A stretch of 63,991 nt of DNA, the filler included, from Candidatus Babelota bacterium (GTDB lineage: Bacteria; JAGOBX01): NCBI GenBank assembly GCA_017999075.1. It is 6 parts of 6 records of this genome, joined end to end, with 100 filler letters (N's around TTAATTAATTAA, not from the genome) between each part and the next. Parts side by side here need not be neighbours in the genome. Positions count along the whole stretch, not along the records: positions 44,138 to 54,916 come from JAGOBX010000079.1; positions 55,017 to 63,991 come from JAGOBX010000118.1; 4 more parts are not named here. One strand, written 5' to 3'. A program made the position numbers and the translations under genes. Shown piece after piece: positions 50,698-60,180 of this stretch. The notes below the pieces were generated by a model. It was not told the DNA's origin. It saw nothing but the letters and a program-made list of their open reading frames with translations, and did not search any database. Numbering within the stretch: position 1 is the first letter of the stretch; every line of letters begins with the position of its first letter.

Positions 50698-51864
50698 ATG
50701 TTTAATTTCAGCAAGTGGATTTTAATAACAATAGGTATTTTAATATTAGTATATTCGCTGTTAATAATTTTTATAAGCAAGTATACTATCAATAAAACGA
50801 TCCTTGAAAAAGAATTATCATATGAAATTCCTAATTTAATAGCGAATATGAACACGACTCCTTTATTGGAGCAGGATTATACAACTCTTGAAAAGAACCT
50901 TGCAATCTTAAAAAATTCCGCCAATGAACTTAATTTTGCTTATGTATGTTTTCTTGACATGGAAAAAAATCCGATTTCATACATTATATCCGAAGCATTC
51001 GATGATAGATCAAAAATAGTTATAACAAAGAAAATAGAGAACGCAAAAGAAATGATAAAAGTTAAAAATCAATATACTATTTTTAATGATACAATAAAAG
51101 AATTCACTTTTACAGTAGGCAATCCTGCAGTAGGAATAATAAAAATCGGATATTTTTGGGATAAAGTGCAAAGTAAAGCTAATGTTATACAATTTGCATT
51201 ATTATCAGTAACAGTAATAGCTTTGATATTGATGATAATTATAACTATTTTTCTCGACAACAAATTTAAAAAGGATGTTTCGGATTATATTTTTTCTGAA
51301 AAGAAAAAAGCTATAGAGGTAACACGGCAGCATACAATAAAAGAAATTGATATTAAACAACAGGAAAAATTAAAGAAAACTCTCGAAACAGATTTGACGC
51401 AATCTGAAATGTTTATAGTTTTTGAATTGATGAAAGAAAGCGTTATCCTTAATAATTTTAATGAAACAATGGCTGTTTTAAGTAAATGGTTATTAAAATT
51501 ATTTAATTCAAAAAATGTAATGTTTTATTTGCTTGATGCAAATAAACAATATTTGTATGGAGTTTATGGAATTGAGGGAACTTCTATAATTGAAGGAAAT
51601 GACGCATATGACCAGCATATTATAATAGGTGAAGGCGAATTAGGACTTGCTGTTCATCATAAAAATTTAATAATAGGAGATATTCCAAGGCAGGGATATT
51701 CTTTATCATCGTCTTTGATGTCTACTAGTGATTTATTGATAGGAGGTGTAGTAGTATCGAATAAAAATGATAATTTGAAATTTGACGCTCATGATAAATT
51801 ACTTGGAAGAGTAGTTTTTCCCATTGTGTCAAACATGATTTTCAGATTTATGCAAACTGTGTAA
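50698..51864 (+). CDS. Two-TM membrane protein with periplasmic sensor-like region and C-terminal GAF-like domain
   Basis: Two hydrophobic segments; C-terminus FYLLD..., IGEGELGLAV, IGGVVVSNK....FDAHD; 3 nt after the secretin stop. Confidence 0.55.
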   Translation: MFNFSKWILITIGILILVYSLLIIFISKYTINKTILEKELSYEIPNLIANMNTTPLLEQDYTTLEKNLAILKNSANELNFAYVCFLDMEKNPISYIISEAFDDRSKIVITKKIENAKEMIKVKNQYTIFNDTIKEFTFTVGNPAVGIIKIGYFWDKVQSKANVIQFALLSVTVIALILMIIITIFLDNKFKKDVSDYIFSEKKKAIEVTRQHTIKEIDIKQQEKLKKTLETDLTQSEMFIVFELMKESVILNNFNETMAVLSKWLLKLFNSKNVMFYLLDANKQYLYGVYGIEGTSIIEGNDAYDQHIIIGEGELGLAVHHKNLIIGDIPRQGYSLSSSLMSTSDLLIGGVVVSNKNDNLKFDAHDKLLGRVVFPIVSNMIFRFMQTV

Positions 51865-52063
51865 AAGTCACTGTATTGCATAAAAAAATCATACTCCTGT
51901 TTCAAAGAATAAATATAAATATTTTTCTATTGAAACTTTAATGGCCTGATATGTAAAAAATATCAAAAAAAAGGTTGTTTTTTTTTATTGTTTGAGTAAA
52001 ATACTGCCACTATGTTTTGTCAATAGTTTTACGCGTGAAAAAATTGCGGGTATATTATAGTGA

Positions 52064-52119
52064 CAATTCCTTGTAAAATTGGAAAAAACAGGTCGGTAAA
52101 TCCATAGGAGGTTTAATAA
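52064..52119 (+). promoter_or_regulatory. Possible S6:S18 autoregulatory leader
   Basis: UUCCU upstream can pair with the SD (AGGAGG) across an internal element, as in rpsF leaders; directly upstream of rpsF-ssb-rpsR. Confidence 0.4.
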
Positions 52120-52410
52120 ATGTTACGTAAATACGAATGTATGTATATCACAGATATGCAGCTTCAAGAAGAAGAACTCACCAAATTAATTGAGTTGATG
52201 ACAGGTATAATTAAAGATAACGGGGGCGAATTTGTTGAAAATATTTTAATAGGCAGCCGTTATTTTACCTACCCGATCAAAAAGAAAAATATAGGTAATT
52301 ACAGCTTACTGACTTTTAATGCTAATAATAAAGTATTGAGCGAATTACAGGAACGATTGAATTATGATGATCGTTTATTAAGATTTGTTATTACAAAAAT
52401 TGAACACTAA
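52120..52410 (+). CDS. rpsF: 30S ribosomal protein S6
   Basis: RKYE.MYI, G.R...YPIKK...G.Y, LLRF; rpsF-ssb-rpsR-rplI synteny. Confidence 0.95.
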   Translation: MLRKYECMYITDMQLQEEELTKLIELMTGIIKDNGGEFVENILIGSRYFTYPIKKKNIGNYSLLTFNANNKVLSELQERLNYDDRLLRFVITKIEH

Positions 52411-52536
52411 TCTGTAAGACTATTATTTTTTCAGGTATACTCAATTTTCAAAATAAAAATTTAATAGTTGCGGTTGATAAAAAATAAATAATAGATTATT
52501 GTGTTGAATTATTTTGTTAACCCAAAGTTTTGAATT

Positions 52537-52971
52537 ATGGAAGGATTGTTCAATTTAAATAAAGTTATATTGGTTGGAAGATTGACCAAATCTCCTGAAT
52601 TGAGATATACTCCTAAAGGAGTGGCTGTTGCGCATTTTAATTTAGCGATTAATAACAATAGAAGAAATAGAAAAAATGAAACATTATTTATTGATGTTGT
52701 AGCATGGAATAAACTTGCAGAATTTTGCGCGCAGTATTTTCAGAAAGGCAAAGGAATTTATTTGGAAGGCAGTCTTTCAATAAAAAAATGGCAGAGCGAA
52801 GATAAAATAACTAAAACGAAAATTGAAATTGTTGCTGATAAAATTTCTTTTCTTGAGGGTTTTGAAAATAATCAGGCAGACAATTCGGTAAAACAACCGG
52901 ACACTGTAAAGCATATAGTGCCGGAGTATGATGATACAGGTTGCGCAGAAGAAGATTCAATACCATTTTAA
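52537..52971 (+). CDS. ssb: Single-stranded DNA-binding protein
   Basis: LNKVILVGRLTK.PELRYTP.G.AVA.F.LA, FIDVVAW.K.AE, acidic tail EEDSIPF. Confidence 0.97.
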   Translation: MEGLFNLNKVILVGRLTKSPELRYTPKGVAVAHFNLAINNNRRNRKNETLFIDVVAWNKLAEFCAQYFQKGKGIYLEGSLSIKKWQSEDKITKTKIEIVADKISFLEGFENNQADNSVKQPDTVKHIVPEYDDTGCAEEDSIPF

Positions 52972-53038
52972 AAAAATGGGGGAGTTGATTAAAAAATATT
53001 TCCGGGGTTATCCTGGATTTTAGGAGGCTAAAAAAATT

Positions 53039-53281
53039 ATGGCGTTCGTAGTAAAAAAAAGGACTAACAAACCGTGTGTTTTTTGTAAAGATCCTGATAA
53101 ATATATTGATTACAAAGAATTAAGTTTGTTAGAACAATATATGTCGCATAGGGGTAAAATTTTACCTCGCAGATTAACCGGAGTTTGCGCTAAACACCAG
53201 CGTAAACTTAATAATGCAATTAAAATAGCGAGAAATCTGGCGTTATTACCTTATACGACTGATAAAATTAGAAAACCGTAA
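53039..53281 (+). CDS. rpsR: 30S ribosomal protein S18 (Zn-binding C+ form)
   Basis: CVFC, IDYK, GKILPRR.TG.CAKHQR, AIKIAR.LALLPY. Confidence 0.97.
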   Translation: MAFVVKKRTNKPCVFCKDPDKYIDYKELSLLEQYMSHRGKILPRRLTGVCAKHQRKLNNAIKIARNLALLPYTTDKIRKP

Positions 53282-53289
53282 ATTCGATT

Positions 53290-54221
53290 ATGGTTGAATT
53301 TTATTTATATGTTTTTATTTTTCTGTTAATCGGAATGTTTCCAGGGTTAAACCTGGTAAACGGATATATAACATATAAAGTGATAAATAAATTCGGATTT
53401 CAAAAAGCCGGTCTTTTTACAGTATTGACCGGAGTTATTCTTTTATTAGTGACTGATTTTGGATTTATTGGTATAATATCAGCATTGTTTGGAATCAGTT
53501 CTTTATTAATGATATTATTTCAAAAAAAATTGAATTTCAATAAAAGAATATTTTTTGTTTCGGTTTTGCTGATTTTAATTATAATGATTTTTAAATTTGA
53601 GGTGATATTTAATTACAAAGGCAAATTAAGCGAAAGATTATTTTCGTACTATAGCGCAAATAAAAATCAATTAAATGAACAACTTAAAAACATTTCAGCT
53701 GATAGAAATAATGATGAAATATTTGATTCAGAAGAATTTTTTAGAAAAAATTTGAATTTGTTTGTGAAAGTTTTTCCTGGAATTGTTATAAGTTACTTTG
53801 TATCAGGTATTTTGATAAGTGCATATTTGTTTTATTATCTGCTTTACAAAAGTTCATTACTTAAAAGCGGATTGAAAAATATTGAACATGCGATTCAGGA
53901 TTTTACTGATTATTTTATAAATGATCATATAATATGGATTTTTATAATAACCTTTGCCGGAGTATTGTTTACGCAAAAAATGGAATATAGCTATTATATT
54001 TTTTTAAATATTATGATCGTATTATTAGTGTTATATTATTTTCAGGGTATTTGTGTTTTATCATATTATTTAAAAAAAATAAATTTTATTTGCCATTAAC
54101 AATAATAATAACATTGCCGTTATTTTATATGACGTCAGTTATTGGAATATCAGATATATGGTTTGATTTTAGAAAAATAAGGAAAAATAATAACATAAAC
54201 CGAATAGATGTTATCGGTTAA
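53290..54221 (+). CDS. YybS/DUF2232-family membrane protein with apparent frameshift at A8 (54072-54079)
   Basis: Between rpsR and rplI; YYFQG motif in frame 0; the conserved G..D.WFDFR terminus is in the -1 frame ending at TAA 54221. Confidence 0.8.
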
Positions 54222-54243
54222 ATGATAGGGAGGATTTGATAAA

Positions 54244-54693
54244 ATGAAAGTAATACTTAAGGAGCGCGTTGAAAATTTGGGGAAAGTCGGAGATATTGTT
54301 GAGGTTAAAGACGGGTTTGCCAGAAATTATTTGCTGCCTAAAGGAATAGCTCTTGTCTGTACACCTAGTAATTTGAAGTATATCGAAGACCATAAGAAAA
54401 AGCTTGAATTAGTAGCAGTAAAAGAAGAATCGGATGCGAAAGAGCTTGCTAAGGCAATTGAAGGCTTGGTAGTAACAATTAAGAAAAAAGCCGGTTCTGA
54501 AGGAAAATTGTTTGGTTCTGTTTCAGTAGGAGATATAGTTGATGAATTAGCTAAGCAGAAAGTAGAAATTGATAAAAAGAAAGTTCTTTTGTCAGAACCT
54601 ATAAAATTGCTGGGCGAATACAAAGTAAAACTTAGACTGTATCCGGAAATAGAACCTGCAATAAAAGTAATAGTTGCTGCTGAAGAAGTTTAA
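54244..54693 (+). CDS. rplI: 50S ribosomal protein L9
   Basis: MKVIL..VENLGK.GDIVEVKDGFARNYLLP, GKLFGSVS, PIK.LG.Y. Confidence 0.98.
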   Translation: MKVILKERVENLGKVGDIVEVKDGFARNYLLPKGIALVCTPSNLKYIEDHKKKLELVAVKEESDAKELAKAIEGLVVTIKKKAGSEGKLFGSVSVGDIVDELAKQKVEIDKKKVLLSEPIKLLGEYKVKLRLYPEIEPAIKVIVAAEEV

Positions 54694-54732
54694 TAAATAA
54701 TACGGATAATAAAACTGACATTTTTTTTTTGA

Positions 54733-54767
54733 GATTAACCTGAAAAACAAAAAGTTTCAGGTTAATC
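54733..54767 (+). terminator. Hairpin downstream of rplI, possible terminator
   Basis: 13-bp inverted repeat GATTAACCTGAAA / TTTCAGGTTAATC; no canonical 3' U-tract. Confidence 0.45.
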
Positions 54768-54916
54768 CGGAAAATTTATGAAACAGAATGATTAATTAAG
54801 CTGCTTTTTTTACTTATATAGAGCTGCTCAATAAGTTTTTATAAAATTAATATATTTTTAATTAATTATGTGCTTTAGGTACATTATAATTTTTAATATA
54901 TTATATTATTTAAATC

Positions 54917-55016
54917 NNNNNNNNNNNNNNNNNNNNNNNNNNNNNNNNNNNNNNNNNNNNTTAATTAATTAANNNNNNNNNNNNNNNNNNNNNNNNNNNN
55001 NNNNNNNNNNNNNNNN
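54917..55016. other. Artificial contig linker
   Basis: N44-TTAATTAATTAA-N44. Confidence 0.98.
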
Positions 55017-55229
55017 AATTATCATACACTTTTTTTATTAAAAACTAATTTTTTTTAAAAATAAATTGCGTATTATTATATTAATCCTGCCCTTTATGTC
55101 AATCAATATTTGAAAATTCAGGAAGATTTATTTTTGATTTCAAAAAAATCTCACAAAAAAATATTGACTTTTTTTTTTATTTATATATCTTATATTAAAT
55201 AATTTTAAAAATAAAGGGGTTAAATTGGA

Positions 55230-55670
55230 ATGAGCAATTTGGAAATTGGAAGTGAAATGGAAGGAAAAGTTGCACGTATTTTAAATTACGGTGCAATAAT
55301 TACTATCGAAGACAAAACCGGATTGTTACATAATAATAAATTAGGAAAATTTAAAAAAGCTACTGGTTTATTGCGTATAGGCGATGTAATTAAAGTTAAA
55401 CTTGATGAAATAAAAGAAGACGGAAAATATAGTTTATCTCTATGTCAGGAACTTGAAAGAAAAAGAATTACTAACAAAAAGAAAAAAAGGACTAAACCTT
55501 ATGTTTTTAATCCTAAAATAGCTTGGCATACTTCAAACAATTTCGGAAATGCAAGGAGATTTCATATTGATGAAAATTCTCCTTTCGAAGATAGAATGAA
55601 AGCATTTTTAAAAGATAGTGATGAAAAAAGATTAGATATTAAAAAAAGTTTAGAAGCTAAACGCGGTTAA
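55230..55670 (+). CDS. S1-domain RNA-binding protein (YabR-like)
   Basis: EIG...EGKV..I..YGA...TGLLH...GD.IKVK; C-terminal FEDRM.AFLKDSDEK..DIKK..E.KRG. Confidence 0.85.
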   Translation: MSNLEIGSEMEGKVARILNYGAIITIEDKTGLLHNNKLGKFKKATGLLRIGDVIKVKLDEIKEDGKYSLSLCQELERKRITNKKKKRTKPYVFNPKIAWHTSNNFGNARRFHIDENSPFEDRMKAFLKDSDEKRLDIKKSLEAKRG

Positions 55671-55683
55671 TTATTAAATATAT

Positions 55684-55760
<77 letters not shown>

Positions 55761-55777
55761 ATATATCTTCTTTGTTA

Positions 55778-56956
55778 TCAGTTGATTAACGCCGGGTTTG
55801 AGTGAAGTTCAAAGTCGGCTTTTTTATGGCACTGTGAAAGAACTGTGAAAGAATTCATTTCAGGCAGCGTATCTATCGCCTCAATCATAGCCGACAAATC
55901 ATCGTGTTCATAATGCCTCAAACTACCCGATGAAAGTTTACCGAACAAGCGTCGTCTTACCGATTCTTCTACCCTGTTTAATTTCAATGTATGATTAAAT
56001 GTGTGCCGAAAGCAATACAAAGTAATACTGGTATCAAGATTATTTTTTTTTAGACATTCCTTAAACCTTTTTCCAATTTCTGAAACCGCCGTCTCTATCG
56101 GGTCGCGGGTAAAACGATACGAATATAAATAATCACTTTTACTAATCAATGATATTACGCCGTTATCGAATAATGACTTATGAACGGGTATCAACAAATT
56201 CTTATTTGTCTTGTTTTCCTGAATACTAATAAAATATCTGCCGTTCATTTGCGTAATATTATTTTTCTTCAATCTCAATATATCCGCATTCCTCAAACCA
56301 GTATAGAAAAAAAACAAACAAAAATCTCGGAGTTCCTTATCATTCCAAACCGCCCTGAAAATATCATTAATATTTTCAATTGGTTTTCTTTGCACATCCG
56401 GAATTTCTTTTGTTTGCAAATCTTCTAAAAAAGTTTCTTTAAAAATATCATAAGGATTTTTTTCAATGTATTTATAAGAAACCGCGCGTTTTAAAAATTT
56501 TTTTAAAATACTGATTTCATTCCTTATTGTTTTTTCTGAAACCTGTTCCTTGCGTTTATTGAAATACGCGGCAATTGTGTTAGCCGTAATATTTTTTAAT
56601 CCCAAATTTCCGAAATAATCAAGCAAATGATTTATTATTGTCTTTTTTGCGGATATTACGCCCCTTGCCTGAGAACCCGCGCTAATATACTTGCCTTCAT
56701 ATTCTTCCACCCATTCTCGAAATGTAATTTCTAATTTATTTAGCGTATCAAAAGATTCGCCGTAATTATACCTGTCAACTATGTCTAATACAAAACGCCA
56801 AGCAGCCGCTTGCGCTTCAACACCCCCTGTGAAATTTTTACGAATAGGTTTATCTGATGGTAATTTTATATAAGCCTGCCAACGCTTGAAAATCTTATAT
56901 TGTTTATCATTCCACGCATAAACCCGATATGTAATATTGTTACTAATTGCAACCAC
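55778..56956 (-). CDS. Tyrosine recombinase/integrase 1
   Basis: SAM-like core-binding region (SEKTIRNEISILKKFL), YTGLR..D, ENKT, YCFRHT, LFGK...SLRHY; GTG start. Confidence 0.9.
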   Translation of the reverse strand: MVAISNNITYRVYAWNDKQYKIFKRWQAYIKLPSDKPIRKNFTGGVEAQAAAWRFVLDIVDRYNYGESFDTLNKLEITFREWVEEYEGKYISAGSQARGVISAKKTIINHLLDYFGNLGLKNITANTIAAYFNKRKEQVSEKTIRNEISILKKFLKRAVSYKYIEKNPYDIFKETFLEDLQTKEIPDVQRKPIENINDIFRAVWNDKELRDFCLFFFYTGLRNADILRLKKNNITQMNGRYFISIQENKTNKNLLIPVHKSLFDNGVISLISKSDYLYSYRFTRDPIETAVSEIGKRFKECLKKNNLDTSITLYCFRHTFNHTLKLNRVEESVRRRLFGKLSSGSLRHYEHDDLSAMIEAIDTLPEMNSFTVLSQCHKKADFELHSNPALIN

Positions 56957-56989
56957 CTCATCGTAGTTGCCGTCTTTTTGTGTAGTTTA

Positions 56990-57018
56990 AGATTAATTAA
57001 TTTGATTTTAAATGTCAA
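56990..57018 (-). promoter_or_regulatory. Putative sigma70 promoter of integrase 1
   Basis: TTGACA-17 nt-TAATCT on the minus strand, upstream of the GTG start. Confidence 0.5.
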
Positions 57019-57067
57019 GAAATTATGATGAAAATTACAAAAATTATCAACGATGTTTTTTTAAATA

Positions 57068-58426
57068 TCATATCGCTTTTAATTTTTCATAATCTTCTGA
57101 ACCAAGCGGCATTAATTGATGGTTTGAAAATAATTTAAAATTGTCAGAAGACGAAACGATAGTTTTTTCATTTAAAACAGGCATTTTATCTATTGCCTCT
57201 TTCATTCTTATTAAATCATCCGCTTCGTAATGTCGCAAACTGTCAGAAGGCAATTTCCCGAAAAGACGGCGTCTTGTTATTTCATCCGTTCCGCTAATTT
57301 TCAAATAATAATTATATGTATGACGCAACCAATAAAATGTAATATTCGAATCTATATTCTTTTTTATTAAAAGCATTTTTAATCTTTTACATAAATCATC
57401 AACAATATCTTCTACTTCTAACTTCCGTTTGGAGTATTCAAATAAATAATCTCTGTCAAAGTTTAAAATTTTATTTTCAAAAATCGCATTATGTATCGGA
57501 ATAACAATATTTTTTTGAGTTTTCCCTTCATTCAAATCAAAAAAATACATATCTCTGATTTTTTTTATATTATCTTTTGTTAGATTCACAACATCAGAAT
57601 CACGCAATCCGGTATAAAACATCATTAAACAAAAATTCCTTATTTCTATATCTTCCCACACTGCTGCCATAAAAACATTTAGATTGTCAATCGGCATTCT
57701 TTTGTTGATTTCATATGGATATAATTTTTTTAATCTCTTGAAATGAAATAGCATAAATGACCTATATGGATTGATTTTTATATATTCCTTCACAACTGCA
57801 TAATCCAAAAATTTTTTTAAGATTTTTATTTTGTTCAGTGCCGTTTTGAAACAATTATTCTTATAAACAATTTCATAATCGAATAATTCGGAAATTATAT
57901 TTTCATTTATTTCTGTTAATTTCATATTGCCAAAAAAATCTATCAAAGAGCCTATGTTTGATTTTTTAGATATGATATTTCCTCTTTTGTTATTGCCGTC
58001 TGAAAGATAGGTGTCAATATTTAAATCTATCCATTTTTTCAAATCCATATTTCTGTGAACAATACTATTTAAATTTTGACCGCCAATATATAACACAATC
58101 ACTTCATTAATATATTTCCAAGCATCCAATTCAATTTTATTTATTTCTGTTTTATTATTAATGTCGCAGGAAAAATTTTTTCTAATCGGTTTTTTAAAAT
58201 TTTTAATTTTTAAAAACGCTTGATACCTGCAAAATGTTTGTTTTTTTTGTTTATCAATCCAAGTAAATATTTTATACTTTATTTGGTTATTGAATTTTGA
58301 AGCGATAAGAGAATCAATCAATTCTCTCATCGCTGAAATTTTAACCCTATGTTCCAAACAATTCGCATTATTCTGCACAGCCACGCCGCTATTCTTTTTT
58401 TCTTGAATATTTTTTTCTTCAACCAT
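57068..58426 (-). CDS. Tyrosine recombinase/integrase 2 (paralog of integrase 1)
   Basis: YTGLRDSD, EGKT, YWLRHT, RRRLFGKLPSDSLRHYE; shares KPIRKNF and other blocks with integrase 1. Confidence 0.88.
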   Translation of the reverse strand: MVEEKNIQEKKNSGVAVQNNANCLEHRVKISAMRELIDSLIASKFNNQIKYKIFTWIDKQKKQTFCRYQAFLKIKNFKKPIRKNFSCDINNKTEINKIELDAWKYINEVIVLYIGGQNLNSIVHRNMDLKKWIDLNIDTYLSDGNNKRGNIISKKSNIGSLIDFFGNMKLTEINENIISELFDYEIVYKNNCFKTALNKIKILKKFLDYAVVKEYIKINPYRSFMLFHFKRLKKLYPYEINKRMPIDNLNVFMAAVWEDIEIRNFCLMMFYTGLRDSDVVNLTKDNIKKIRDMYFFDLNEGKTQKNIVIPIHNAIFENKILNFDRDYLFEYSKRKLEVEDIVDDLCKRLKMLLIKKNIDSNITFYWLRHTYNYYLKISGTDEITRRRLFGKLPSDSLRHYEADDLIRMKEAIDKMPVLNEKTIVSSSDNFKLFSNHQLMPLGSEDYEKLKAI

Positions 58427-58605
58427 TTTAAATCTTTTATTTGCGTTTTAATGTCAATTTTTAAAAAAACTTTTTATCAAAAATTGCAAAAAGTTACGTT
58501 TATATTTGGAACCGCCAAAAGTAATTTTTTTTCAGCGACATTTATATACTCAGTTTCTGTCAGAATATAATAAATTTACTCCTCCGAAAAATTAATCTAC
58601 GCTGT

Positions 58606-58640
58606 ATAAAATTACCGGGCAGGCAGCGAGCTTGCCCGGC
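58606..58640 (-). terminator. Intrinsic terminator after the P-loop gene
   Basis: Minus-strand stem CCGGGCAAG/CCTGCCCGG (one mismatch) followed by an AU-rich tail (UAAUUUUAU). Confidence 0.55.
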
Positions 58641-58649
58641 GATTATTCG

Positions 58650-59309
58650 CTAAATCCTTGTTTCCAGAATTCCAAAGATGGTTTTTGACCACTCAGGAAA
58701 CCGTGGTAAAATATATTCCGCCGCCGCTGGTTGCGAAGACGCATACCATTTCCCGATTTTTTGATAGTATTTTGCGATTACTTTTTGCTCTGACACCTCC
58801 GTTAATATTGTACTCAGGGGTTTGTATAAACTCAATTTATCCAATTGGATAATCAATCCTCTTGACAGCAAACATTCTGAAACATGCTTGAGATCACGGG
58901 CTGTTGCAACAAAAACCACATTGCTCAAGTCAATCTGCCGTGTTTCTGTTTTTCCTGTTAATATGCGGCCGTCGGTAATAAGTGCTAAAATTTTTTCTGT
59001 ATTTTTATTATTTATAGCAGTATCCAACAAAAAGATGCCTTTCTGGGGTTTTGTAGTCCGGCAAAAGGTATCTTTTAAACTCTTAGCGCTACCGCTTATG
59101 TATAATATTTCATCCATACCGCTTAATGCCGCCGCACCTCTAATTAACGTACTTTTTCCTGAACACCCCTCACCTTCAATAATAAACAAAGGAATTTTGC
59201 CGCCGATCCTGTGACGAATCATGCAACTGACCAACAAAGCTTCTGCATTCCTTCGATCATTTTCGGTTTTAAAATTAAATCCCGAAAAAAAAATTTCTGT
59301 GTTTTTCAT
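58650..59309 (-). CDS. Small P-loop NTPase-like protein
   Basis: Walker A GEGCSGKST, Walker B-like IFLLD, VFVATA sensor-like strand, C-terminal RFPEWS..IFGILE. Confidence 0.6.
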   Translation of the reverse strand: MKNTEIFFSGFNFKTENDRRNAEALLVSCMIRHRIGGKIPLFIIEGEGCSGKSTLIRGAAALSGMDEILYISGSAKSLKDTFCRTTKPQKGIFLLDTAINNKNTEKILALITDGRILTGKTETRQIDLSNVVFVATARDLKHVSECLLSRGLIIQLDKLSLYKPLSTILTEVSEQKVIAKYYQKIGKWYASSQPAAAEYILPRFPEWSKTIFGILETRI

Positions 59310-59507
59310 AAAAATTACTCCTTAAAAAAATATTTAAAAAAATAAACCGAGCACAACAACGTAAATTTATAATAACTATAAAATACATATTTGTGGTTAA
59401 TTTTCGGTTTAACTTATTCTTACTGCCCCCCTTCTTTTTTATAACCCAAAAATAATTGCGTTTTAATGTCAATTTTACGCCTACCTAACAACCATGCTCC
59501 TGTTTGT

Positions 59508-60065
59508 TCATAACAATAAACATATTGGTTTATAAGCGTCAAACTCATAATTACAAGCCTTTTCAAATTTACAGTTACAATCCATACGAACGCAATATGT
59601 TTCTTGCGAATACTCTTTTGGCGGGTTGTTGAACTTTTCTCTGCAAATGATTACAGAATTGTAAAACATTTTATACACAGAAAAATAACTGTTAATTCTA
59701 ACAATTTTCTGTGCGGCGCTAATATCGTAATTCCCTACTATAATAATTTCTCCAGCATTATCTAAAACATCTTCAAAAGTCGGAACTACATTCTCTTGAA
59801 ATTTTTTTATAAGATATCTATCATCCATATATGTTCCCACAATTTCTTTTGTCTCTGCGAAAATATTAGTCGTATCTCTATACACGTGAACCACAAAAAA
59901 TTCTGGGGATTGAGGTTTTTTTGTTCTATTCATAATTGATTCAATCAAGTTATTTGTATCCAATCCTGTTTTAGAAAATTCTTGATAAAGACATTCATAT
60001 TCAAAAAATTCTTTTAACATTTCTTTCAAAAATTCACAGTCAATAATAATAATATTTTTTTTCAT
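59508..60065 (-). CDS. Hypothetical protein
   Basis: 185-aa ORF with SD (AGGAGA); Cys-rich C-terminus. Confidence 0.6.
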   Translation of the reverse strand: MKKNIIIIDCEFLKEMLKEFFEYECLYQEFSKTGLDTNNLIESIMNRTKKPQSPEFFVVHVYRDTTNIFAETKEIVGTYMDDRYLIKKFQENVVPTFEDVLDNAGEIIIVGNYDISAAQKIVRINSYFSVYKMFYNSVIICREKFNNPPKEYSQETYCVRMDCNCKFEKACNYEFDAYKPICLLL

Positions 60066-60180
60066 TTTTCTCTCCTAAATTCAAATCAAATTTTTCAAAA
60101 TTCTTAGGTTGCATTTTTTTCCGCAACTCCATAATATTTTTTTTTATATTCACCTCCTCTCACTATAAGAATTTCTTTTT

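Noticed and set aside
10981-55016. Five identical N44-TTAATTAATTAA-N44 blocks at ~11-kb spacing
   Set aside because: Artificial contig joiners (complete contigs fall in decreasing length order); not a biological repeat. No gene linkage was inferred across them.
55778-58426. RIT element or integron interpretation of the tandem recombinases
   Set aside because: Only two recombinases, non-overlapping; no IntI-specific insertion or attC-like cassette array seen
59275-59472. 65-aa ORF starting at TTG
   Set aside because: Start coincides with the repeated TTGACA box, has no SD, and overlaps the next gene
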